IMG/VR virus record: IMGVR_UViG_3300011955_000032
Span: 1 to 64,000 of that record
Length of the DNA: 64,000 nucleotides
Origin: an uncultured virus (IMG/VR IMGVR_UViG_3300011955_000032)
Taxonomy: Duplodnaviria > Heunggongvirae > Uroviricota > Caudoviricetes
Direction: 5' to 3' (one strand)
The position numbers were made by a program, and so were the translations under genes. Below the pieces are notes generated by a model. The model saw nothing but the letters and a program-made list of their open reading frames with translations. It made no database searches and was not told where the DNA came from. Positions 18,527 through 26,443 of the stretch are shown in pieces; the stretch's first letter is position 1; every line of letters starts with the position of its first letter.

Positions 18527-19167
18527 GGGGCGTCCTCCAATTGAGAAGGCCTCCCAGAGGAGGCCTGCTGCACACGCTTGAACTCGACTACCCAGACCCA
18601 GGGGTTTGCACTCCAGGAGTCGGGGCCGTTGATCGAAGACCACAGCCAGCGGAACTGGTCGGACGGGTCAGCGTTCAGGCTGTCAGGCGACAGTGCGCCG
18701 GGCGCCCAGGTGGCCACGCCCTCGGCCGCCGCGTCCTGTTCGTTGATGTCCTGCAGGCGCTCCACGCGCACGCCGGTGATCTCCAGCAGGATGCGGCAGG
18801 CCCAGCGCGGCATGTGGATGGATGGCTTGAACTTGATGCTCAGCGGCCCTTCTGGAAAGTCGGCGCGGTAGAGAGATCCGTCTGACGGTTCTGGGCCGCA
18901 GGGCGACCACGTCTCGCGCACCCACAGCCGACCTCCAGGCTGGCCGTAGGGCGCCGCGACATTGGCGCTGTACTCGGGGACATCCCAAACCCCAGACCCG
19001 CAGCAAGGGGTCCCGAGCCATTCGAGGTGCGCCAAGCCGTCATCGGTCATGTGCGAAAAGCGCTCACCAATGGACTGGTCCTTGATGATCCGGCGCGTCT
19101 GGGTCTTCGTGCCTGCGAGCAGGGCGCGGACCATCGGTGCAGAAAACAGGATCGGTCGTTCTTTCAT
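18514..19167 (-). CDS. ASCH-like phage protein
   Basis: MKERPILFSAPMVRALLAGTKTQTRR, LWVRETW, PSIHMPRWACRI, NPWVWVVEF. Confidence 0.85.
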   Translation of the reverse strand: MKERPILFSAPMVRALLAGTKTQTRRIIKDQSIGERFSHMTDDGLAHLEWLGTPCCGSGVWDVPEYSANVAAPYGQPGGRLWVRETWSPCGPEPSDGSLYRADFPEGPLSIKFKPSIHMPRWACRILLEITGVRVERLQDINEQDAAAEGVATWAPGALSPDSLNADPSDQFRWLWSSINGPDSWSANPWVWVVEFKRVQQASSGRPSQLEDAPCNE

Positions 19168-19218
19168 GTCGTCCTCAGATCAGATTGCGGGGCAGGCGTT
19201 GGAGTTGGATGGGCGGGG

Positions 19219-19761
19219 TCATGGGGACTCCTTGGCGGCCGACTGGCTTCTCCGCCGGCGAATACGATCCAGGCGCCGGGTGAGGCAATGCACTGACTTC
19301 TGCAGTTCTTTTGCCTTTGCAATTTCATAGTCCTTCATCCAAGTGGCCCGACTCAGGTCACCCATGTATGCGGACTCAAGAACTCGCAATATCTCGTAAG
19401 CAGACTCTGGCTTGAGAACGATGCGTTTGCCTGAGAGGTAGTAATCCAGCTCCTGAGCTACCCCATAGTCTGTGAGATTGACGATCAATGTCTTCCCGCA
19501 TTTGTCGCATGCATCGAACCCATCGGACGTTGTGTCCCAGCCTCCGTCCACAAGGTATTCGTGATCAGGATTTTGCTCATTGAGCCTAGCCACTTCTGCC
19601 CGGCAGCATTCCCTGCAGTAGCTCACTGATTGGTCTGGATCTGCATTCAGTGCTGCAATCCAGTGCATTGCACCCGCCTTGTCCTCGGCAGGCTGAGCGA
19701 GCGGCTGCAGAAATTCTCTGCACCGTTGCAGCCGCTCCATGCCGGCTTTATTTATGGCCAT
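19219..19761 (-). CDS. Hypothetical protein with CxxC motifs
   Basis: SYCRECC, CDKCG; GAGGAG RBS. Confidence 0.65.
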   Translation of the reverse strand: MAINKAGMERLQRCREFLQPLAQPAEDKAGAMHWIAALNADPDQSVSYCRECCRAEVARLNEQNPDHEYLVDGGWDTTSDGFDACDKCGKTLIVNLTDYGVAQELDYYLSGKRIVLKPESAYEILRVLESAYMGDLSRATWMKDYEIAKAKELQKSVHCLTRRLDRIRRRRSQSAAKESP

Positions 19762-19771
19762 AGCTATCTCC

Positions 19772-20293
19772 TCAGATTGCATCGGCGCAGTGCTGGAGCG
19801 CCTGGGGTTGTGCTTTGCTTCTCTCCGCATCGCGCATGCGAACCTTCTCCGCTACAGACAGGTGATTCACTCGCACATTGCATGCGCGGTGCATTAGCGC
19901 CTTGTTCGACAGGTGGTTGGGCCCACCGTGCGCGACGGCGACCAGATGCTCCACGGTGATGTCGTCTCCCAGCGGCTGGCCGCAAAGGAAACAGCAATCG
20001 CCGTCGCGTGCCAGCAGTGAACGAACCTCGGTGGTCGTCTTCTTGCTGCGCTTCGTGGAATCGCATCCGCGCCAGCTGCCTGCGGACAGGTAGCTTTTCC
20101 AGGCCGCTTCAGCTTCTCCAGTAAACGTCAGGGCGCCAGCGGCAGTCCTATAGACGATGCTGGTCTTGCTGTTCGACTTGAAGCGGATCAGCTCCCACTC
20201 GTTCGTGGTGGCCTGCACCTGCGCGCCGCGCTCAGCAAGCCATAGGGAGAACCGGCTGATCCGGTCCTTGAATGCCTTCAGGCTGTGGGCCAT
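19772..20293 (-). CDS. HNH endonuclease
   Basis: RDGDCCFLCG, TVEHLVAVAHGG.NHLSNKALMHRACN. Confidence 0.9.
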   Translation of the reverse strand: MAHSLKAFKDRISRFSLWLAERGAQVQATTNEWELIRFKSNSKTSIVYRTAAGALTFTGEAEAAWKSYLSAGSWRGCDSTKRSKKTTTEVRSLLARDGDCCFLCGQPLGDDITVEHLVAVAHGGPNHLSNKALMHRACNVRVNHLSVAEKVRMRDAERSKAQPQALQHCADAI

Positions 20294-20300
20294 GGCGTCC

Positions 20301-20498
20301 TCAGATAGCGTCAGCGCTGAACTCCAGCGCCTGGGGTTGTTGGGCGAGCGCGGCGCGCAGGGCTTCGGGGGCTAGCGGCGCGGCAGGGGTGAGGCTGGCC
20401 ACCAGGGCGAGCAGCCGCGCGATCTCGGCCTGCTGCTCGCCGATCAGGTACTCGGCAATGGCTGGGTTCGCCGCGGCGCGGGCGGGGTCAACCTGCAT
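20301..20498 (-). CDS. Small hypothetical protein
   Basis: GGAGG RBS; coupled to the upstream gene. Confidence 0.55.
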   Translation of the reverse strand: MQVDPARAAANPAIAEYLIGEQQAEIARLLALVASLTPAAPLAPEALRAALAQQPQALEFSADAI

Positions 20499-20862
20499 GG
20501 CGAGCCTCCTGTTCCAGCGCGGCGGCCACGCCCTCGCTGCAGTGCTCGAGCGCGAAGTCCACCAGCGCGGTGTGCAGCTCGGATGCCTGGGCCTGGCCCA
20601 CCATCACCTTGGCGAACACGCTGCGCACAGGCTCGTTGTCACAGTCCAGGGCATGCAGCAGCAGCTCGTCGGGCGACCAGCCGCCGTTCGGTCCGGGGAT
20701 GCGGCAGGCGAACCAGTCGCTGGGCTGCTGCAGCACCAGCGCGGCGCGGATCTGGCGCTCGGCCTGCGCCGCCCAGAACTCGCTGGCGGCCTCGTCGTCG
20801 CCCTGGCGCTTGGCGTGGGCTGCCTCAGCCATCGAGGCAAGGCATTGGGGGCGGGCGTTCAT
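20488..20862 (-). CDS. Hypothetical phage protein
   Basis: Coupled ORF in the early operon with host-like codon usage. Confidence 0.6.
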   Translation of the reverse strand: MNARPQCLASMAEAAHAKRQGDDEAASEFWAAQAERQIRAALVLQQPSDWFACRIPGPNGGWSPDELLLHALDCDNEPVRSVFAKVMVGQAQASELHTALVDFALEHCSEGVAAALEQEARHAG

Positions 20863-21236
20863 TGCGTGCCCCCAGTGGCCTTGGCGATCAGCGCAATCTC
20901 AGAAGCCCATTCGTCTTGCAAATCCGCAAGATCCGAGCTTTCTTCCCATTGGCGTTGAACAGATTCAACGTCGCCACTCGGACGTTCGCGCGCCAACCAG
21001 TCTTCAAAAGCGCGCTCCTCTGCATTCTTGACGCGCCGTTTCATCGCCTCCAGCAGCTCGGGCGCCGCGGCGATCAGGCGGGCGTTGGCCTTTGCCTCTG
21101 GCGTGTGCGGCAGAAAATAGCCATCCCGACACTCGGCAATTTGCACGCCACGTGGCAAACCTTCTGGCTGGTGCATAGGAGAACGAACCAAGCTTCCCAT
21201 CGCTTCCCATGGGCCCGGGGTGTACTTGTCTTGCAT
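20859..21236 (-). CDS. Hypothetical phage protein
   Basis: YTPGPW...ANARLIAAAPELLEA...IAKATG; AAGGAGG RBS. Confidence 0.8.
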   Translation of the reverse strand: MQDKYTPGPWEAMGSLVRSPMHQPEGLPRGVQIAECRDGYFLPHTPEAKANARLIAAAPELLEAMKRRVKNAEERAFEDWLARERPSGDVESVQRQWEESSDLADLQDEWASEIALIAKATGGTQ

Positions 21237-21265
21237 GAAGCCTCCTTGCGGCCCGCAGGCCAATG

Positions 21266-21738
21266 AAAAAGGCCCGGAGCGGTGAAGCTGCGGGCCACTG
21301 GAAAAAGCCGGCGCCATTGCTGGCACGCCTGGGGAGTTGGAAGGGGAGGGAGGAGATAGTCCCCCAGGCCCGGCTGGAAAAAGGAGCCGCGTGTTGCGCG
21401 CAAATCCCTTGCATCCATCTCCGGTGCGCGCGCGGCTGAAAGGGTTGATGGCCGCCGTATTCGCCCCGGCTTTCCCTCTACAACGGTTTGGCGGACTCTC
21501 ACCGCTTGCGGGTGGGCAACTACCCGTCACGATTGGCCATCATTGAAGCGGGCCGGACGGCCATTCCCGGCTATGACACTGTTTGACGTGCCTCGCAAGT
21601 CCATGCTCCCGCGCTTTCGCGCCGCCTGGGCATGGCCTTAAGTCTTCCCCTGGTCTTCTCATCCCCCAGGCATCTCGGCTGTGGTGCGCCCCCGTTGCAT
21701 GTTTCCAGTGCTTCGGCGCGTCCGCTTCAATGATGGCC
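21266..21738 (-). ncRNA. Candidate array of structured non-coding RNA elements
   Basis: Five consecutive stem-closed units, including a perfect 17-bp inverted repeat (21535-21551/21722-21738); no credible ORF. Confidence 0.5.
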
Positions 21739-21781
21739 CCGGCGCCGTGCCGGGGACGTTTCAATCCCGCTGTCAATCCGC

Positions 21782-22069
21782 TCACTCGGGATTGGCAGCG
21801 CGTGCCAGCTCCACCAGCTCGCGCAGGCAGTCGGTCTGCTTTCGCATCTGGGCCAGCATCTCGGCCAGCACCGGCTGCGCCTCGGGCTGCTCGGCGGCGA
21901 AGTCCTCGCCCAGGGTCTGGGCCAGGCGGTGGACTATCTCGGCGTTGAGGCTGCGGCCGCTGTCCCGCGCCGCCTGTTCAATTCGCTCCCGCATCTGCGG
22001 CAGCATGCGCAGGCCGAGCGGGGCAATCTGCCCGGTGGGCGCGGTGGTTGTCCTGGCCATCCCCATCAC
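21782..22069 (-). CDS. Arc-family ribbon-helix-helix protein
   Basis: LRMLPQMRERIEQAARDSGRSLNAEIVHRL. Confidence 0.92.
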   Translation of the reverse strand: MMGMARTTTAPTGQIAPLGLRMLPQMRERIEQAARDSGRSLNAEIVHRLAQTLGEDFAAEQPEAQPVLAEMLAQMRKQTDCLRELVELARAANPE

Positions 22070-22416
22070 AGCGCGAGGCGCCGCTCCAGGTCCTGGAGGT
22101 TCGCGCAGTGCAGGCGCAGCAGGTCGGCCTGTTCCTCGATGAGGTTGACCAGTGGCGCCGGTGCGGCTGGCACAGGCGCTGTGCCCGCACCTTCCGCCCT
22201 GTCGCAGGCCGGAGCAAGCACGGGGCCGAGGCGCTGGGTCAGGCGCTGGATGACGGCAGCGAGTTCGCGCATACCGCCGTCGATGTGGCCCACGGCCATT
22301 TCGACCGGGCTGATGGGCTGAGCCTGGGCGGCGCCGTATTGCGCCTGTGCGCTGTCCGAGGCCTGGGCTGCTTGGCCGTGGCGAATGCCGCTGTAGAAAT
22401 GGTCACGTTGGTTCAC
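22066..22416 (-). CDS. Hypothetical phage protein
   Basis: GTG start with AGGAG RBS; LTQRLGPVL. Confidence 0.65.
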   Translation of the reverse strand: MNQRDHFYSGIRHGQAAQASDSAQAQYGAAQAQPISPVEMAVGHIDGGMRELAAVIQRLTQRLGPVLAPACDRAEGAGTAPVPAAPAPLVNLIEEQADLLRLHCANLQDLERRLAL

Positions 22417-22451
22417 GGTGGTCTCTCCTGTGGTGGTGGCGAAAGTGGTGC

Positions 22452-22610
22452 TCAGAACGAGCCGTGGCGCGTGCCCTTGCGCAGCGAATCCCAGATCAGC
22501 GTGCCGCGCTTGGTGCTATGCACCTGCTCTTTGCTGGCGGCGCGACGAGCCTTGTAGGCCGCACGGGTTTCGTTCGGCAGACGCTCGGGGGTGTGGACGT
22601 TGGCTTGCAT
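22452..22610 (-). CDS. 52-aa basic protein, first gene of the pL operon
   Basis: MQANVHTPERLPNETRAAYKARRAASKEQ...; AAAGGA RBS. Confidence 0.6.
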   Translation of the reverse strand: MQANVHTPERLPNETRAAYKARRAASKEQVHSTKRGTLIWDSLRKGTRHGSF

Positions 22611-22640
22611 GGCTTTCCTTTGTGGTGGTGGTTGAGAAAC

Positions 22641-22673
22641 AGAAAAGGCCTCCCGAACCGAGAAGCCTCTTTT
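22641..22673 (-). terminator. Terminator at the end of the pL leader
   Basis: Minus strand GGCTTCTCG GTT CGGGAGGCC TTTTCTGTTT. Confidence 0.6.
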
Positions 22674-23038
22674 GTTTGCCCCGATGACGCTCGGGGCGGG
22701 CGCCGATTTCTCGGTGGGCTTTTCTGTTCTTGGCAACCCTGTTCGCCTCAAATTTGTACTTTGCGCGCCCAAACCGGCGCCCGATCTTTTAGCTCTCGCT
22801 GGGATTCGGCACCCAGCGCGCGACGTTGAAAGCGTCCATGTGTCTCAAAGCTGTTGAGGCTAGGTCGGCCTTACCGAGTTGCTCCATCGTCCGTGCCCAT
22901 GCACGCGATCCCCGGACTCGTATCCGCTACACACCGGTTCACCCGGCACCTGCGTTGATCTGCATGTCGGTGCTGGGCTCGATCACCTGGCACCCCAGCA
23001 GCCCTGGCGCTGATGCGCTGTGTGGGCTGCTGGGTTCA

Positions 23039-23079
23039 ATGATCACATAAGTTATTTTTAAAAGCAACACTAAAGTGAT
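23039..23079 (-). promoter_or_regulatory. pL promoter with two OL operators (ATCAC-N4-GTGAT type)
   Basis: ATCACATAAGTTAT 23042-23055 and AACACTAAAGTGAT 23066-23079; minus-strand TTGCTT-N17-GATCAT. Confidence 0.7.
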
Positions 23080-23142
23080 GATTGTCGCTAAACTTCATCA
23101 CAGCTGAGCATCGTCTGCAGCAGGCGCCTGGCAGGTGGACGC

Positions 23143-23165
23143 AAAAAAGCCCGCACGTGGCGGGC
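23143..23165 (-). terminator. Intrinsic terminator
   Basis: Minus strand GCCCGC CACGT GCGGGC TTTTTT. Confidence 0.75.
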
Positions 23166-23183
23166 GGCGCGGAGTGAAAGAAC

Positions 23184-23480
23184 TCAGTGGAGGCGCACGT
23201 CGAAATAGGCCTCTTCGCTCGTGATGCCCTGAAGTCCTGCTTGACGAGCTGCCTCGTAGGCCTTCTGCCAGGAGATCGCAATTGACTCGTTGGCCTTCCC
23301 GATGATGCCGCCCTCGGCCGCATCGCTGAAGAGCTTGAAGGCGCGGGCCATGGCCTCGTGGTTCGGGAAGCTGCGCTCAAGAACCTTGGCGAAGCGGGCC
23401 TCGGCTTTGGCCTTGGTGTCGGCCTTCATGCCGATGCAGTCTTGGAGCGTGACGCGGAAAGAAGAGGAAGAGGTGGTCAT
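23184..23480 (-). CDS. Putative SOS-inducible small protein
   Basis: 98-aa ORF with AGGA RBS, LexA boxes upstream and terminators on both sides. Confidence 0.75.
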   Translation of the reverse strand: MTTSSSSFRVTLQDCIGMKADTKAKAEARFAKVLERSFPNHEAMARAFKLFSDAAEGGIIGKANESIAISWQKAYEAARQAGLQGITSEEAYFDVRLH

Positions 23481-23494
23481 GTGCGTTCCTGTTG

Positions 23495-23544
23495 CTGGTT
23501 GAAAACACAGTGATAGTATGCACGATGGCTGTATGTGTGTACAG
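23495..23544 (-). promoter_or_regulatory. Two LexA (SOS) boxes
   Basis: CTGTATGTGTGTACAG 23529-23544 (CTGT-N8-ACAG) and CTGGTTGAAAACACAG 23495-23510, flanking a TACTAT -10 on the minus strand. Confidence 0.8.
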
Positions 23545-23587
23545 TATTTTTAAGATGGCAAGCCAGGCATGTCGCCGGGCGTCCATG

Positions 23588-23610
23588 AAAAAGCCCGCTC
23601 AGGGCGGGCT
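23588..23610 (-). terminator. Intrinsic terminator
   Basis: Minus strand AGCCCG CCCTGAG CGGGCT TTTT. Confidence 0.7.
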
Positions 23611-23632
23611 CAGGAGGTCAAAGGTATGCAGA

Positions 23633-23887
23633 TCAGGTCGTTGGGTCGTGGGGTGTCGCTTCCAAGCCGTACTGGGCCCAGGTCAACACTTCAGATACAA
23701 CTATTCCATCATCAATGTCCATGAATGTCAGCAAGTAATTTGCCAATTGCTCTGCACTCATTGATTCACTCTTAATACTCCAAGAGGAATTTAGATGCCT
23801 AATCCCGCCAAGCTCTTCTATCGCACCAATAATGGCAGGATAGTTCTTGGTTCTTCTTAAATCGTACTCAACAAAGTAAACAGCCAT
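23633..23887 (-). CDS. Small ferredoxin-fold-like protein (Cas2/VapD-like pattern)
   Basis: MAVYFVEYDL...NY..II.AIE.LG...LNSSW...D.DDGIVV; GAGGAG RBS; AT-rich. Confidence 0.65.
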   Translation of the reverse strand: MAVYFVEYDLRRTKNYPAIIGAIEELGGIRHLNSSWSIKSESMSAEQLANYLLTFMDIDDGIVVSEVLTWAQYGLEATPHDPTT

Positions 23888-24740
23888 GAAAAACTCCTCT
23901 TCTGAAATTGAAAAAGAACCTACCGTTTGGACTCTTCCTGTCGGATTCCTTTTGCACATTGATGGACTTCCCTACGAGACTACCGCAGAGGTTTCCGTCA
24001 AAGGCTTTGTGAATCCGTTTGATCACCTGCAAAGGAAGCGCCCTAAATGCTGCGGAGTTACCGTATCCGGCTCTACTGGCACCAAGAATCCTGCTTGTCA
24101 ACACAGCAGCACAGAATCTAACTCTGTGCCTAAAGAATCGGTGGAAAAATCAAACAAGACTTCGCGCGAATGCATCGATAGTGCATACAACGATTTCTAT
24201 GATGCCGAATTCGAGGTTATTGCTCCTGACGGTCAGAGATGGAAGATTATTGCGGGAGGGGATTGTTATGGCTTCCCACCTGGTTCGTCGATCCTGAATG
24301 GCTTACTATCGCCGATAAATAGACTGATCAGCGAAGTGATAATTTCTGGCAAACCTGAAACTGCAGAGCAACTTAACTCGACGACGGAAGGTGACATTAA
24401 TAATTTGGATAGGTCAACTCAGTTTATGGAAAGTCTGGACCCTGAGGCACTTCTGGTCGGCGACGGCTCTGATCACTTGCCGGTATGGATCGGGATTGAT
24501 GCCGAATCCGGCAAGGTCTTCAAGATCTATGCCACTGGATTGGCCCAAGGATTCGGTGATGTCCGCATGACCATCATCAATGGGATGAAACCCGATCAAT
24601 GGCATGTAAGACGCGGGGAGCAAGTCAGTTTTGGCAATAGACTGATGTTATCCGAGACTGATAACCCAACTGGCGAGAACACCCTGAGGATGTATGAAGC
24701 CTCCCCAGGTCCGATTTTCAAAAATGTCCAGACGCGCTGA
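23886..24740 (+). CDS. Hypothetical moron protein with an internal duplicated module
   Basis: 284-aa AT-richer ORF; DGQRWKIIAGGDCYGF..SSILNG resembles SGKVFKIYATGLAQGF..TIING. Confidence 0.55.
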   Translation: MKNSSSEIEKEPTVWTLPVGFLLHIDGLPYETTAEVSVKGFVNPFDHLQRKRPKCCGVTVSGSTGTKNPACQHSSTESNSVPKESVEKSNKTSRECIDSAYNDFYDAEFEVIAPDGQRWKIIAGGDCYGFPPGSSILNGLLSPINRLISEVIISGKPETAEQLNSTTEGDINNLDRSTQFMESLDPEALLVGDGSDHLPVWIGIDAESGKVFKIYATGLAQGFGDVRMTIINGMKPDQWHVRRGEQVSFGNRLMLSETDNPTGENTLRMYEASPGPIFKNVQTR

Positions 24741-24764
24741 TTAATTCATTTTCAGGAGAAAACC

Positions 24765-25067
24765 ATGCTGCAAATCTTGCCTCCAATGGAAGAAGGTCAA
24801 TCTGTCGCGGTTGACGGCTTCCTGGTGCCACGCGTAAAAGTAACTGAGAACAAGGCGACTGGTCTTTGGTATCTGACTCTAGACGAGAGGTTCGGCGTTT
24901 CTGACGTACCTATTGAGGAGCTGAATCGCTGGCTCTGGATTATCGCCAACGCTCAAGCCATTGGTGCCGGGTACTCGTGTCATGGTGAAAACTCTATAGA
25001 AAGGAACCCCTACAAGACAAGAGTTGCGTGTATTGGAGAGGTTTCCGTACCTGGATCTGCCAGCTAA
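24765..25067 (+). CDS. Hypothetical moron protein
   Basis: CAGGAG RBS; LTLDERFG...IANAQAIGAGYS. Confidence 0.7.
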   Translation: MLQILPPMEEGQSVAVDGFLVPRVKVTENKATGLWYLTLDERFGVSDVPIEELNRWLWIIANAQAIGAGYSCHGENSIERNPYKTRVACIGEVSVPGSAS

Positions 25068-25071
25068 TTTA

Positions 25072-25356
25072 TTAGCACTCGGGGAGGCTTAGCAAATTGT
25101 TTTCCTGCTGACCATCCCCGTCTGTCTTTAAATACTTATTTCCTGAGGCGCTCTCAACGACTTTCACCCAGACAGATTTCCCGTTGACATTTGCATAGAA
25201 CTTATAATCCCCGCGTTCGTCGGCTCGAATGGCTTCGTCAAGCGACAGGCTCCAGCGCTGTCCATCTGGATTGATTCCTCCAACCCTGGCAATGCGTTCG
25301 TGCGGACTATTGCGATCAGTCTTTGATATGCAAGTAATCTGTACATTTACCGACAT
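25072..25356 (-). CDS. DUF3892-like protein
   Basis: SPHERI..VGG, W.LSLDEAI, GNKYLKT..D...NNLLSLPEC. Confidence 0.85.
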   Translation of the reverse strand: MSVNVQITCISKTDRNSPHERIARVGGINPDGQRWSLSLDEAIRADERGDYKFYANVNGKSVWVKVVESASGNKYLKTDGDGQQENNLLSLPEC

Positions 25357-25407
25357 CTTGGCTCCTCTCGTAAAAACCTAGGGTAGAAAATCTTGCTGCG
25401 GAGCTCG

Positions 25408-25641
25408 CTATCCCTCGCTCCAAGAGTAGCCGTTGGCCCCGCAGTTCCTATCAATGGACTCCAAAGATTCCTGCGCGGTGTATCTGCCAGATCTCCACCC
25501 ATTGACCGCCTCAGTTATCAATGCCCTGCAATTTACTGGCAATCCGCTTCCTGGAGCGTAGACGGGTTTGTCATTTGGATTTCCCAATTTGCATCCGCTA
25601 ATCGCAGACGCTGCAAATGCAAGGATTAAATACTTTCTCAT
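25408..25641 (-). CDS. Small lipoprotein directly downstream of cI
   Basis: Lipobox MRKYLILAFAASAISGC; two further Cys residues. Confidence 0.75.
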   Translation of the reverse strand: MRKYLILAFAASAISGCKLGNPNDKPVYAPGSGLPVNCRALITEAVNGWRSGRYTAQESLESIDRNCGANGYSWSEG

Positions 25642-25660
25642 GGTTCCGCGCGTGTTTTTA

Positions 25661-26371
25661 TTAATTCCGCATCGTCCACCATGCTAGGACTTTGCCGGCG
25701 ACGTTGATGCATTCGGCTGCTTTACGTAAGTCAATGCGCTCTTCATCTGGATAGTCGTCAACGTTATCGCTTCTGAGAATCAAAGTTCCGTCTGTCAGAA
25801 TCATGGCTTTCTTCAGCAAGAGCCGGTCATATACGTCTATGACGTAAATGCCTGGTGCATCAATTGATTTTTGACCTATGTCCACGAATATCAAATCTTC
25901 ATCTTGAATGGTCGGCTTCATGCTGTTGCCATTGCCCGTGAGGATTTTGATGCGCTCCGGATTTGTGGTGCCTATTTTTTTGCGCACCCATGTTTCCAGC
26001 ACATCCAGATGGCGGACGATTTGTACCGCGCTGTACAGGTGAGCACCCGGGCCCATGGACGGGCTGGGGGAGAGGTGCTCCAACCTGACGTAGCCCGATG
26101 GCGGGGTGTCGTCTACAACCTGCACCACGTTTGCAGGAGCAGTCTCAACCCCGCCCGCCAGCTCAGAATTTGACGTTTCCCCCCGCAGAAATTCTGGCGT
26201 GGTGCTCAGTGCGCGAGCGATGTCGATGATGCTCGCGCCGTAGCCTCGGGTGTCGTTTTCGATGTTCCCGATGGCGCCTTGGCCGCTCAGCCCTGCCGCC
26301 TTTGCAAGCGCTGCTTGGCTCATGCCTCTCTCCTTGCGGATTCGTGCCAGTCGTTGTCCAGATGTTTCCAT
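25661..26371 (-). CDS. cI: CI repressor (XRE HTH plus S24 peptidase)
   Basis: LARIRKERGMSQAALAKAAG..QGAIGNIE; GNSMKPTI; LLLKK; divergent from cro. Confidence 0.93.
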   Translation of the reverse strand: METSGQRLARIRKERGMSQAALAKAAGLSGQGAIGNIENDTRGYGASIIDIARALSTTPEFLRGETSNSELAGGVETAPANVVQVVDDTPPSGYVRLEHLSPSPSMGPGAHLYSAVQIVRHLDVLETWVRKKIGTTNPERIKILTGNGNSMKPTIQDEDLIFVDIGQKSIDAPGIYVIDVYDRLLLKKAMILTDGTLILRSDNVDDYPDEERIDLRKAAECINVAGKVLAWWTMRN

Positions 26372-26382
26372 AGATGCATTGC

Positions 26383-26436
26383 ATCACCACTGTGAATAAC
26401 AATGGTGTTGATCTTTTTGATCACTTGAGTGATGAT
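26383..26436. promoter_or_regulatory. OR operators and pR promoter
   Basis: ATCACCACTGTGAA 26383-26396, ATAACAATGGTGTT 26396-26409, ATCACTTGAGTGAT 26420-26433; TTGATC-N17-GATGAT ends 7 nt before the cro ATG. Confidence 0.75.
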
Positions 26437-26443
26437 CTCGGGC

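Noticed and set aside
14094..18544. Long plus-strand ORFs opposite the early operon
   Set aside because: Antisense shadows of yqaJ, bet and their neighbours, with no motifs.
23633..23887. Cas2 / CRISPR system
   Set aside because: The YDL pattern is Cas2/VapD-like, but I saw no cas1 and no repeat-spacer array in the window.
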